31,793 bases of DNA from a candidate division WOR-3 bacterium (GTDB taxonomy: Bacteria; Hydrothermota; Tepidihabitantia; Tepidihabitantales; JAOUPE01), in assembly GCA_039801565.1 (NCBI GenBank), contig JBDRUX010000015.1:1-31793 (forward strand), read 5' to 3'. How positions within the stretch are numbered: position 1 is the first letter of the stretch; each line of letters begins with the position of its first letter. The notes beneath the pieces were generated by a model. The model was not told the DNA's origin, did not search any database, and was given only the letters and a program-made list of their open reading frames with translations. Made by a program: the position numbers and the translations under genes. Positions 1 through 8,332 of this stretch are shown here, one piece after another.

Positions 1-18
1 AAGTTGTCAGTGGAAAAA

Positions 19-633
19 TTAATAGCCCCAGATTTCGTTAAGATAAGTGCGTCGCCGACAATCCGGACAAAGCACCCGAACCGAATCGGAACGATAGGGA
101 GCTGCTTGAAGTAATGCACGGTCTGCGGAAGGCGGTTCGATTAAACCTAAGTCTTCATATAAAGTTAAATAAAGCGTCGGGTTGGCAAATGCCATCTCAC
201 CTAACTTTTTAGCCAGCCATAAGAGTTGGGCTTTCGTGGCAAATGGTTTATGACAAATCTCACAATAGGTAAGTTCCTTTTCAATAAAATTCTCATAACC
301 TTCTCGTTTTAATTTTGCTAAGTCGTATTCTTGAGTATGTTTAATCGCCTCGGTTGGACAATAGCGGACGCATTGCCCACAATAGATACAAGTTTCTTGA
401 TGATGAATATTACGTCGCACCCCTTTTGCTAAGTCGTCAGTCATCTCCCGGGCATTTGCCGGGCAAACTTCAACACATGCCCCACAGCAAATACACCGGT
501 CTTCGACGAAAATAATGATGCCCCGATATGTTTCGGGTGGTATCGAAGGCGCATAAGGGAATTTAGCGGTGTAAGGGCCTTGAACTATTGCCCGAATCGC
601 TTCGCCTAATTCTCGAACTTTTGGTTTTCTCAT
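19..633 (-). CDS. NuoI/MbhN/HycF-like 2x[4Fe-4S] subunit of group 4 hydrogenase, with extra C-terminal CxxC...CxxC
   Basis: PYTAKFP N-terminus, CICCGACVEVCP and CIYCGQCVRYCP ferredoxin motifs, plus CEIC and CPDC; last visible gene of the operon. Confidence 0.9.
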   Translation of the reverse strand: MRKPKVRELGEAIRAIVQGPYTAKFPYAPSIPPETYRGIIIFVEDRCICCGACVEVCPANAREMTDDLAKGVRRNIHHQETCIYCGQCVRYCPTEAIKHTQEYDLAKLKREGYENFIEKELTYCEICHKPFATKAQLLWLAKKLGEMAFANPTLYLTLYEDLGLIEPPSADRALLQAAPYRSDSVRVLCPDCRRRTYLNEIWGY

Positions 634-983
634 TCTTTCCCTTCAATCAATTCTTTACCGAATTTTTCTTTACCGAATTTGTCAATTTTGGTCTCTTTCC
701 ATAGTTTGACACCAAAAATTAGTGAACCACGGGAAAGGGCATGAGCCGCAACTGGCATCGTAGTTAAGACGAAAATTGCACAAAGTAAAGCCTTAATACC
801 CGTCTGACTGAAACCCGAAATTAAGAATATCCCAAGCATAATGCCACAGGTGCCAACTGTGACACATTTAGTCGCTGCCTGCATTCGGTTATATAAATCA
901 GGAAATCGAACCAAACCCAACGAGCCCAATAGGTTAAAAATGACACCGATGACAATAGCTATCCACCCAATAATGCTAATCAT
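630..983 (-). CDS. mnhG: Monovalent cation/H+ antiporter subunit G (MnhG/MbhC)
   Basis: GLVRFPDLYNRMQAATK and PVAAHAL motifs; three TM helices. Confidence 0.93.
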   Translation of the reverse strand: MISIIGWIAIVIGVIFNLLGSLGLVRFPDLYNRMQAATKCVTVGTCGIMLGIFLISGFSQTGIKALLCAIFVLTTMPVAAHALSRGSLIFGVKLWKETKIDKFGKEKFGKELIEGKE

Positions 984-1230
984 CTAAGTGTCTCCCTTCT
1001 AAATACTTGGCTAAAGCCAACGTGCCAACAAAACTTAAGATTGCAATAATTATTGCGAGGTCCATAAGGTAAGGTAGTTTGTAGCGGATTGACATCAGCG
1101 CGGTGATGCAGGTGAAAATGATACCCATAATATCAACGGAAATGACCCGATCCGAAATCGAGGGTCCTTGTAATGCCCGGTATAGGCAGAAAAAGGCACA
1201 GCACGCCAGTCCAACCATTAAAATTTCCAT
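976..1230 (-). CDS. mnhF: Monovalent cation/H+ antiporter subunit F (MnhF/MbhB)
   Basis: GPSISDRVISVD and LSFVGTLALAKYL motifs. Confidence 0.93.
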   Translation of the reverse strand: MEILMVGLACCAFFCLYRALQGPSISDRVISVDIMGIIFTCITALMSIRYKLPYLMDLAIIIAILSFVGTLALAKYLEGRHLDD

Positions 1231-1242
1231 CTCGTCTGCCTC

Positions 1243-1770
1243 CTATTCAAAGATGTTTTTGAGATATTTTTCAAATGGATGCGCGATAATTTTGGATGTC
1301 ATCTCTTCCTCGGTTGCCTTGACATCAATCCAGTGGATATATAAATGGTCATCAATAATTTCGCAACTCATCGTACCAGGAGTTAGGGTTATCGAATTGG
1401 CTAAAAAGGTTCTTGCGATATCTGTTTTGAGATTGGTTTTGATTTTAACAATCCCCGGATTTAAGGGTCGGTCCGGATGCACAACCCGATACATAACATC
1501 CAAGTTAGCTTTTATCACCGCTACTATAAAGAATGGGATATAGGCTAAAAACCAGAGATAGCGTTTGGGCTGAAGGAGTTTTGAGCCCGGGAATAGATAG
1601 TAACCGGAGAATAAAAATGCAGTGCCGATGGAAACAATGAAACCCGCTATAAGAGATTGATAATAAAATGTTTCGGTCAAGAGTAACCAAAGGATGAAAT
1701 TTAGCATCAAGGCGTAGAGGAGAGTTTGAATTTTGAATTTCGAATTTCGAATTTCGAATTTCGATGACAT
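1243..1770 (-). CDS. mnhE: Na+/H+ antiporter subunit E (MnhE/MbhA) with repeat-derived N-terminus
   Basis: PGIVKIKT...LANSITLTPGT...LYIHWI motif; AAAGGA SD upstream of ATG 1770. Confidence 0.92.
   Translation of the reverse strand: MSSKFEIRNSKFKIQTLLYALMLNFILWLLLTETFYYQSLIAGFIVSIGTAFLFSGYYLFPGSKLLQPKRYLWFLAYIPFFIVAVIKANLDVMYRVVHPDRPLNPGIVKIKTNLKTDIARTFLANSITLTPGTMSCEIIDDHLYIHWIDVKATEEEMTSKIIAHPFEKYLKNIFE
1723..1764. repeat. Heptamer tandem repeat (ATTTCGA)x4 plus 2 degenerate units in the 5' end of mnhE
   Basis: agtttga attttga atttcga atttcga atttcga atttcga read directly. Confidence 0.9.
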
Positions 1771-1773
1771 TCG

Positions 1774-2118
1774 TTATCCTTTCAATCGCCGCATTTCGCT
1801 GATATCAAATGTCTTGTATTTACCATAAAGTCTTAAGGCTAATGCGAGCATTAAAGCGGTAGTGCCCAAGCCAATCACAATTGCCGTTAAAACTAATGCC
1901 TGGGGAATTGGGTCAACAAAATTACGAGGCTCGTTAACTTGGGTAACAATTGGTGCCAGGGCGTCTTTTTTAAAACCAACAAAGGCAAAGAAGAGATTGA
2001 CCGCATATTCCATCAAACAGAAACCAAGGGCAATTTTAATTAAATTTCGCTTCGCCACGACACCGTATAACCCAATCAGAAATAAAATTATACAGGCAAC
2101 TAATGGTAGCATCATCAC
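1774..2118 (-). CDS. mnhC: Na+/H+ antiporter subunit C (MnhC/MbhG, NuoK-like)
   Basis: KRNLIKIALG and DPIPQALVLTAIVIG motifs. Confidence 0.94.
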   Translation of the reverse strand: MMMLPLVACIILFLIGLYGVVAKRNLIKIALGFCLMEYAVNLFFAFVGFKKDALAPIVTQVNEPRNFVDPIPQALVLTAIVIGLGTTALMLALALRLYGKYKTFDISEMRRLKG

Positions 2119-2579
2119 TCCTTCATAATATACTTACTCGCACCTAAGGCTAAAAAGATTGTAAAAAGTCCAGCGCCGACTTTGATACCAATTGCAATGT
2201 TAGCAAGTGGAATAATCCCAGCCGAAACCAATCGCAGTGGAATTCCTTTGGGGATAAAATTGATAAAGAAATAAGCGCCTAATAATAAACCAAAGGCAGC
2301 AATTAGAATAAATAGCAATCCCCCAATGCTTTCCAAGATTGAACCGAAAAGATAAGATACTTTCTCTTTCATTTCTAATGTTCCAAAGGATAGAATGAGT
2401 AAGATGAAGCAAGCCGCAATAATGACACCACCGGCAAAACCACCCCCTGGTGTTAAATGACCGTGCAGAATGATATAGACACCGTAAAGAAAGATAAATG
2501 CCGCAATTAACCGGGTTATCGTCTTAACAATCACCGTCATCCCACCTACCGGTTTTGGGTCAGTTTGATTCACCTTCAC
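2115..2579 (-). CDS. mnhB: MnhB-domain subunit (MbhF-like)
   Basis: HGHLTPGGGFAGG and NIAIGIKV motifs; start could be the internal ATG (MTVIVK). Confidence 0.9.
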   Translation of the reverse strand: MKVNQTDPKPVGGMTVIVKTITRLIAAFIFLYGVYIILHGHLTPGGGFAGGVIIAACFILLILSFGTLEMKEKVSYLFGSILESIGGLLFILIAAFGLLLGAYFFINFIPKGIPLRLVSAGIIPLANIAIGIKVGAGLFTIFLALGASKYIMKE

Positions 2580-3100
2580 TCCTTTTTCCCAATCTGGCGC
2601 ATCACGGTTACGACACCAAGCACTGAAGTGAAAAGGACGACCGCTTCCCCTAAGGTATCGTAACCACGATAATCTAAGATGATAGCTGCCACAACATTCG
2701 CTGCTCCAGTTTGGGTCAATCCATTATTAATATAATAACTGGCGACCTTCATCAATGGCGAACCAAATCGGGGTAGGTCTCTTAAGGCATAGAGGGCAAT
2801 GATTAAAAAAAGTGTGCCAAATACGAAATAGACAATAGTTGGTAAATATTGGGGTTTGACGCCGACAGTTGAATCAATATGAGTCGTTCGTAAAATAATC
2901 GCTGCAAAATAAACGACAGTTAAAATTTCGACAACAATTTGCACAATTGCCAAGTCCGGTGCCTGGACCAAGATAAACATAATTGCTACCGAGAAACCGA
3001 CAATTCCCATTGCTACCGCTGCCGCTAAAAGGTCCTTTATCTCCATTGCGACAATCGCTGCCCCAAGCATTGCAATTAATAAAAGATAAAGTTCAACCAT
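2576..3100 (-). CDS. MbhD+MbhE-like fused subunit (DUF4040 plus MrpA C-terminal part)
   Basis: QAPDLAIVQ (DUF4040) and NVVAAIILDYRGYDTLGEA motifs. Confidence 0.88.
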   Translation of the reverse strand: MVELYLLLIAMLGAAIVAMEIKDLLAAAVAMGIVGFSVAIMFILVQAPDLAIVQIVVEILTVVYFAAIILRTTHIDSTVGVKPQYLPTIVYFVFGTLFLIIALYALRDLPRFGSPLMKVASYYINNGLTQTGAANVVAAIILDYRGYDTLGEAVVLFTSVLGVVTVMRQIGKKE

Positions 3101-4820
3101 TGCCTTTCCCTTCTTTTATTAGCCAGTGAAAATATCGGGTCACTTTGTTTTCACAAGTCTTAAGGAGAAAAAATTTGTCCCAGAGACCGGAAAGCACAGT
3201 ACTAATTAAGGGGGGAGTCTTAGTAACCCGGTAGCAAAAATTTCTCTTACGCCAATTTGTCGAAATGAGGAAGAACAAAATACCAAGACCCACCCAACTT
3301 ATCATTAAAGTAGTAATTGGCCAGGGCTTCCAATATTCAATTTTAGGAATCAACCCAAGGAACGGTTTTGCGCTCGGCAAGATGAAAAGATTTAAGGGAA
3401 TCTTTTTGACAAAAATACCGAAGAGGATTGCGAGCAATGCTAATAGGCTTGGCGCAATGGACATCGAAAAACCAACTTCAATGACTCGGTTGGTCTTTTG
3501 GATGGTCGGTGCGAAGATTAACCGCTGGATTGTTTTCAAAAGGAAAGCAAGGGTGATGATACTGCCAAGTAAGATTCCGGCTAAGATAATCCACATAAAG
3601 CCGTGGATTTTCGAAAGCAATGCCTGATAAATGAGCCATTGGGAGAAGAATCCGTTCAATGGTGGAATACCAGCAAAACTTAATCCAGCAATCAAAAAGG
3701 CACCTGTGGTAAAGGGCATCTTTTTAATTAAAGTACCAGTAGTGGGATTTGTTTTGTCTTGTCCTTCGGCCCGTTGGAGCGGTAGGATACGATATGCGAT
3801 GGAATTGAAAGCAAGAAATAGAGCAGTCTGGTAAAGGGCAGTATTTATCATATGGAAAAGTCCACCAATAATTCCAATCGGTAGCGCAGTTACCACCGCA
3901 ATCATAATATAACCAGCTTGGCTAATGCTGTAAAGAGCTAAGTTCTTTACGAATTTTTTTTGACGGGCACCGAGAATTGTAAAGAGTAAAATGAGGATGA
4001 CACTTGTAGCAATTAGCCAATTGGTGAAAATTGAGTTTGAAGTTAAGTCAAATAAAGAAAAGTTGACCCGCAGCAAGAGATAGATTGCCAAAGAATTGTT
4101 TAATATAAGAGGAAGTGCTAATAAACTGTAAGAGAGTTCGCTCAACCAAGTAAAAATCAAAGGACGGGTTAAAATCAAAGATAGAATAGTAATAATGAAT
4201 AGACTGAAACTGATTAAACTTGCCGGTTGCGTTAAAGGAATTTTATCTTCAAGAACCAGCATCGCTTGTCCCTGATTAGTTGCCGCAAGAAGAAATGTCG
4301 CCAGTAGCATCGTGACCAATGGCAAACAAAGCACAAACCAGGCAAGGTTAAGTTTTTTACTGGACAGTTCGTTTGGTGTCGAATTGAGAATTGAAAGCCC
4401 GTAAGAAATTAAAGTCAAAAAGCCAAAAAAGAAGAGTCCCAAAAATAAACTTTTCGCTAAAACCAAACCATTTACGGTTGCTAAGCCGGCTAAGGTATAG
4501 AAATAGTAATATTTTTGCATCGGGACCGATAAATTACGAATATAACGAAAAGAATAAAGAATCAGTAAAAGAGCTAAAAATCCCGCAATTAAAAGAAGTA
4601 ACCCGGCCAAGCTATCCGCATAGAGGGATAAATTAATCGAACCGATATCAAAAAGATGATAAGAGAATGGTTGGGTCTTGGTCGAAAGAAAAATCCGAAG
4701 ACCAAAATAAAGCGTCAAAATTACTCCGATAAAACTAAATTCGTTGCGCAGCCGAACAATAAAGAAACCGAGCAAAGCGCTCACAACCGGCAAAAGCACT
4801 GCTAAGACTAATGAATTCAT
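3093..4820 (-). CDS. Antiporter-like membrane subunit (MrpA/MrpD/NuoL/MbhH family), divergent
   Basis: Many TM helices; YSISQAGY, GGLFHMIN, KKMP and AGIPPLNGFFS motifs; conserved charged residues appear substituted. Confidence 0.85.
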   Translation of the reverse strand: MNSLVLAVLLPVVSALLGFFIVRLRNEFSFIGVILTLYFGLRIFLSTKTQPFSYHLFDIGSINLSLYADSLAGLLLLIAGFLALLLILYSFRYIRNLSVPMQKYYYFYTLAGLATVNGLVLAKSLFLGLFFFGFLTLISYGLSILNSTPNELSSKKLNLAWFVLCLPLVTMLLATFLLAATNQGQAMLVLEDKIPLTQPASLISFSLFIITILSLILTRPLIFTWLSELSYSLLALPLILNNSLAIYLLLRVNFSLFDLTSNSIFTNWLIATSVILILLFTILGARQKKFVKNLALYSISQAGYIMIAVVTALPIGIIGGLFHMINTALYQTALFLAFNSIAYRILPLQRAEGQDKTNPTTGTLIKKMPFTTGAFLIAGLSFAGIPPLNGFFSQWLIYQALLSKIHGFMWIILAGILLGSIITLAFLLKTIQRLIFAPTIQKTNRVIEVGFSMSIAPSLLALLAILFGIFVKKIPLNLFILPSAKPFLGLIPKIEYWKPWPITTLMISWVGLGILFFLISTNWRKRNFCYRVTKTPPLISTVLSGLWDKFFLLKTCENKVTRYFHWLIKEGKGNG

Positions 4821-4829
4821 ACCTGAAAT

Positions 4830-4865
4830 TTGAACCTTTTAAACGTCTTGAACCATTTAAAAAGC
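4830..4865. repeat. TTRAAC-nonamer array between the large-subunit stop and the antiporter-like gene start
   Basis: ttgaacctt ttaaacgtc ttgaaccat ttaaaaagc; similar array at 9933-9968. Confidence 0.65.
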
Positions 4866-4866
4866 C

Positions 4867-6045
4867 TTAGCATCGGTTAAAATGTGCTTTCAAACGTTCG
4901 GTCTTCTCGTAAGAGAGTCGAAGCAAATCTTTTAAAGAATATTTTTGCTTACCATCCTCAAATGCTACTATTCGTTCGGTACAACAATAACAAGGGTCAA
5001 CTGCCGCTAAGACCAAAGCCGCATCCGCAATTGAATAACCTTTCACCGCTACTTCGTTCGATGGGATGTTCATATAAGACGGTGCCCTAATTTTATGACG
5101 TAGAGGACTGTTTTTACCATCGGAGCGAATATAATGAAAAACTTCACCCCGGGGTGCTTCGGTTCGGCCTATTCCTTCTCCAGGTGGTATCTCCTCGACT
5201 CTGGTCTCAATTGCGCCCTTGGGCATTTTTCTCAAACACTGCCGAATTATCTTAACGGACTCTAAACATTCCAATAGCCGCACCTTTGCCTTAGCTAAAA
5301 CATCACCCTCTTCAAATACTATCATATCCCAATTCACTTTGTCATAGGCAGCATGGGGATCATCTTTCCGTACATCAATCGCTACTCCAGAGGCTCGAGC
5401 CGTTGGACCAACTACACCGTAAGCTATTGCATCCTTCTTTGATAGAACCCCAACATTCTCTAATCGAGCTCGAATCACCGGGTCATCAAGCACCGCTTTC
5501 GTCAGCATATTAACTTTTGTCTCAACTTCTAAGAGCACCTTTTCAATAATTGGAATCTGGTCATCTTTGATATCATGGCGTACCCCGCCAACTTTGTTCA
5601 TCGCATAATGGTTACGATTACCGGTAATCATTTCGAATACATCCAAGACTGGTTCCCGATACCGCCAAGACCACATCCAGACCGTATTGTAACCAATAAA
5701 ATGCCCCGCCAGTCCAACCCAGAGCAAATGAGAATGAATTCTTTCCAATTCGTGATTGATGGTTCTTAAGTAAAGTGCCCGCTCCGGCACTTGGATATGG
5801 GCACAGTCTTCTACCGCCATCACATAAGCAAACGGGTGAGAATTGGAACAGATGCCACAGATTCTTTCCACTAAAAAAGTAACCTGGTCATAGGTCATTT
5901 TTGGTGAAATGAATTCATGGCCCCGATGGTTATAACCGATATTAATCTCTAGTCCAATTACTTTTTCTCCCTCAACAATCAGTTTAAAAAATTCCGGCTC
6001 TTCTTGTAGTGGATGATAAGGTCCAATGGGAACGATGCGTCTCAT
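4867..6045 (-). CDS. Group 4 [NiFe] hydrogenase large subunit (MbhL/EchE/HycE type)
   Basis: L1 ERICGICSNSH and L2 DPCYCCTER motifs give all four metal-binding Cys; GPYHP, EAPRGE; C-terminal extension after TER. Confidence 0.95.
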   Translation of the reverse strand: MRRIVPIGPYHPLQEEPEFFKLIVEGEKVIGLEINIGYNHRGHEFISPKMTYDQVTFLVERICGICSNSHPFAYVMAVEDCAHIQVPERALYLRTINHELERIHSHLLWVGLAGHFIGYNTVWMWSWRYREPVLDVFEMITGNRNHYAMNKVGGVRHDIKDDQIPIIEKVLLEVETKVNMLTKAVLDDPVIRARLENVGVLSKKDAIAYGVVGPTARASGVAIDVRKDDPHAAYDKVNWDMIVFEEGDVLAKAKVRLLECLESVKIIRQCLRKMPKGAIETRVEEIPPGEGIGRTEAPRGEVFHYIRSDGKNSPLRHKIRAPSYMNIPSNEVAVKGYSIADAALVLAAVDPCYCCTERIVAFEDGKQKYSLKDLLRLSYEKTERLKAHFNRC

Positions 6046-6512
6046 CGCTTAGTTCTCTCTTGAAAATCGTCTTCCAATTTTAACTCGGGTTCAAAATCCC
6101 GGCGCAACGGATATTTGTCTTTGGGCCAATCTTCCGCAGTTAAGAGTGGCGCCGGATTCGGATGCCCCACAAACTCGATTCCCAAAAGTTCGTGCATCTC
6201 CCGTTCAATCCAATTTGCCGCTGGCAGCCAAGGAGCCAGGGAATCAATCTTTGGCTCATCCTTCGGCACCAAGGTCTTTAGAGTATAATAAGTTCCAGTC
6301 TTATCGTGCGAAAAGTGATACAAGATTTCAAATCCATCCCGGGTATCAATCCCGGTGCAAATCGAAAGCCGTAGCCCGTGTTGTTCAAACAAAAATTTAC
6401 TCACTTCGGTAACCTTATCTTTTGGGGTTGTAATATAAAGTCGTCTTGGCGAATGTTCGTAAATTTTTAAATCCGGAAACTGCTCAATTAATTCTTTTTC
6501 AATCGGTCTCAT
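6042..6512 (-). CDS. NuoC-like subunit (MbhK/EchD)
   Basis: AANWIEREMHELLGIEFVGHP and YPLRRD motifs. Confidence 0.93.
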   Translation of the reverse strand: MRPIEKELIEQFPDLKIYEHSPRRLYITTPKDKVTEVSKFLFEQHGLRLSICTGIDTRDGFEILYHFSHDKTGTYYTLKTLVPKDEPKIDSLAPWLPAANWIEREMHELLGIEFVGHPNPAPLLTAEDWPKDKYPLRRDFEPELKLEDDFQERTKR

Positions 6513-6925
6513 AATTTACTCAAAGCCTTAACAACCCCTAAAATTATCGCCTCTGGCTTCGGCGGACACCCTGGAATATAAACATCAACCGGAATATATT
6601 TGTCATAAGGTCCAACCGCATTATAGGACGAACTGAACATATGTTTTGAACAGGTGCAAGTCCCAACACCAATTACCAAACAGGGCTTGGGCGTCTGTTC
6701 ATAGACGCGCAAAACCCGAGGAAGCGATTTGCGATTTAGGACTCCGGTCACTAATAAGGCGTCAGCATGACGCGGTGAACCGACCAAAACAATACCAAAC
6801 CTTTCTACATCAAACCTTGGGGTCAAAACATCAAGGATTTCAATATCACAATTATTGCAAGATGCTGCCGCAACATGAAATACCCAAGGTGACTTTTTCA
6901 ATCCCCAAAGTCGGATGTCTTTCAT
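6509..6925 (-). CDS. Group 4 hydrogenase small subunit (NuoB-like, MbhJ/EchC)
   Basis: SCNNCDIE, SPRHAD, GTC and PGCPPKPE motifs. Confidence 0.95.
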   Translation of the reverse strand: MKDIRLWGLKKSPWVFHVAAASCNNCDIEILDVLTPRFDVERFGIVLVGSPRHADALLVTGVLNRKSLPRVLRVYEQTPKPCLVIGVGTCTCSKHMFSSSYNAVGPYDKYIPVDVYIPGCPPKPEAIILGVVKALSKL

Positions 6926-7839
6926 AGTTTATTCACCGCCAAAATTATTCCAATTATTGCAAAAATACCTAAACCGAACCAGAAAAATTTCAAAGCCTGG
7001 TCAATCCGCAGTCGGGGATTAGTATTTTTTGCCAAAATGATTAAGACAATAAGCAAAAGGAACTTCGGAATTGCCCAAAGATTGGCAAAGCCACCCCAGA
7101 ACAAAGTGATAATGAACAAGGGTAAAAGGAAAAGCATCATTGCCCGAGTTAGTCGAAACATCGCTAACGAAGCGCCCGAATATTCCAAAAACGGTCCTGC
7201 CATAATCTCTTGTTCGGCTTCTGGAATATCAAATGGCACATAACCGAGTTTTGCCTGAGTGCAAATCAAAGCGGTAATGGTTGCAATCACACCGGACACC
7301 GAATAAAGAATACTACCGTGCAACTGCTGGTAAAGAATAATGTCACCGATTCGAATACTACCGGTTTTTAACACCGGGACTAAAATTGCGGCTAAGAATG
7401 GCAATTCGTAACTGAAATATTGCGTCATCTCCCTGGAGGCACCCACTGCGCTTAACGGATTTCTGGAGGCTGAACCACCAATAATAACTCCTAATGGCGG
7501 TAGCGCCAGAAGATATAAGATGACAATTAAATCGCCAACAAATGAAACATAGGGGTTGATATTCATATAAAATAACATCACAGCCACGATTGGCATTGCG
7601 ACAACGCCCAACATTGGCGCTGCTAAAAACACTGTCTTAACCGCACCTTCGGGCACCGTTGTTTCTTTCAAAAGCAATTTAAAGAAATCGGCAAACGGTT
7701 GATACCAGGGTGGGCCAACCCTCATTTGAACCCGCGCGGTAACTTTCCGGTCAACCCAAGTAAGCAATAACCCAATTACGGCAGTAAACAAAAATCCCGG
7801 AAAAACGAGAATTGAAAATATTATCTCTGGTATGCTCAT
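6922..7839 (-). CDS. NuoH-like membrane subunit (MbhM/EchB)
   Basis: RKVTARVQMRVGPP, PFDIPEAEQE and NPRLRIDQ motifs. Confidence 0.94.
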   Translation of the reverse strand: MSIPEIIFSILVFPGFLFTAVIGLLLTWVDRKVTARVQMRVGPPWYQPFADFFKLLLKETTVPEGAVKTVFLAAPMLGVVAMPIVAVMLFYMNINPYVSFVGDLIVILYLLALPPLGVIIGGSASRNPLSAVGASREMTQYFSYELPFLAAILVPVLKTGSIRIGDIILYQQLHGSILYSVSGVIATITALICTQAKLGYVPFDIPEAEQEIMAGPFLEYSGASLAMFRLTRAMMLFLLPLFIITLFWGGFANLWAIPKFLLLIVLIILAKNTNPRLRIDQALKFFWFGLGIFAIIGIILAVNKL

Positions 7840-7861
7840 TTCTAAATTCTAACGTTTCGCC

Positions 7862-8332
7862 TCATACTCTTCGCCAGAAAGGAGAACGGGAGATAAATCG
7901 CACGGCAACTCTTTTCTTTTCGTATTCTTTTTCGGTTAAAAATTTCAATGCACCGGTGGCACAACTGGCAACACACCGTGGACCTTCTTCTCGGTCTTGG
8001 CAGAGATTACACTTTTGCGAGATTCTTCTTAAGAGATTTTCATCTAAAACGCCAAACGGACAGGCTAAGATACAGGACTTACACCCAACACAATGAAACG
8101 AACTCTGTATTGAGATACCATTCTTCTCATCTACCCGTATGACATCGAATGGGCAGGCTTTAGCACAAAGCGGGTCGGGATAGCAGTGCCGACAAGCTAA
8201 TGGTAGAAATACCGTAGGCGCAACTTCACCATAACGAATTCGAGCTTCGTCGGCGAAGCGAGCGCGGCAAGCCGATTCGCAGGAACGACAACCGATGCAG
8301 TAATCTAAGTCTAAAACTATCCTTTTTGCCAT
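7862..8332 (-). CDS. 4x[4Fe-4S] electron-transfer protein (HydN/CooF/DmsB family)
   Basis: CIGCRSCESAC, CRHC...CAKACP, CVGCKSCILACP and CNLC...CVASC. Confidence 0.92.
   Translation of the reverse strand: MAKRIVLDLDYCIGCRSCESACRARFADEARIRYGEVAPTVFLPLACRHCYPDPLCAKACPFDVIRVDEKNGISIQSSFHCVGCKSCILACPFGVLDENLLRRISQKCNLCQDREEGPRCVASCATGALKFLTEKEYEKKRVAVRFISRSPFWRRV

Noticed and set aside
4484..4497. 14-nt match (agccggctaaggta) to the palindrome before mutS
   Set aside because: It falls in ordinary coding sequence (TLAGL) and is a single short match, plausibly chance.
4867..7839. Calling the cluster complex I (nuo), Mbx/Mbs or Ehr
   Set aside because: The large subunit keeps both CxxC Ni-binding motifs and the small subunit has CxxC rather than the adjacent CC of NuoB, so a true group 4 hydrogenase fits better.
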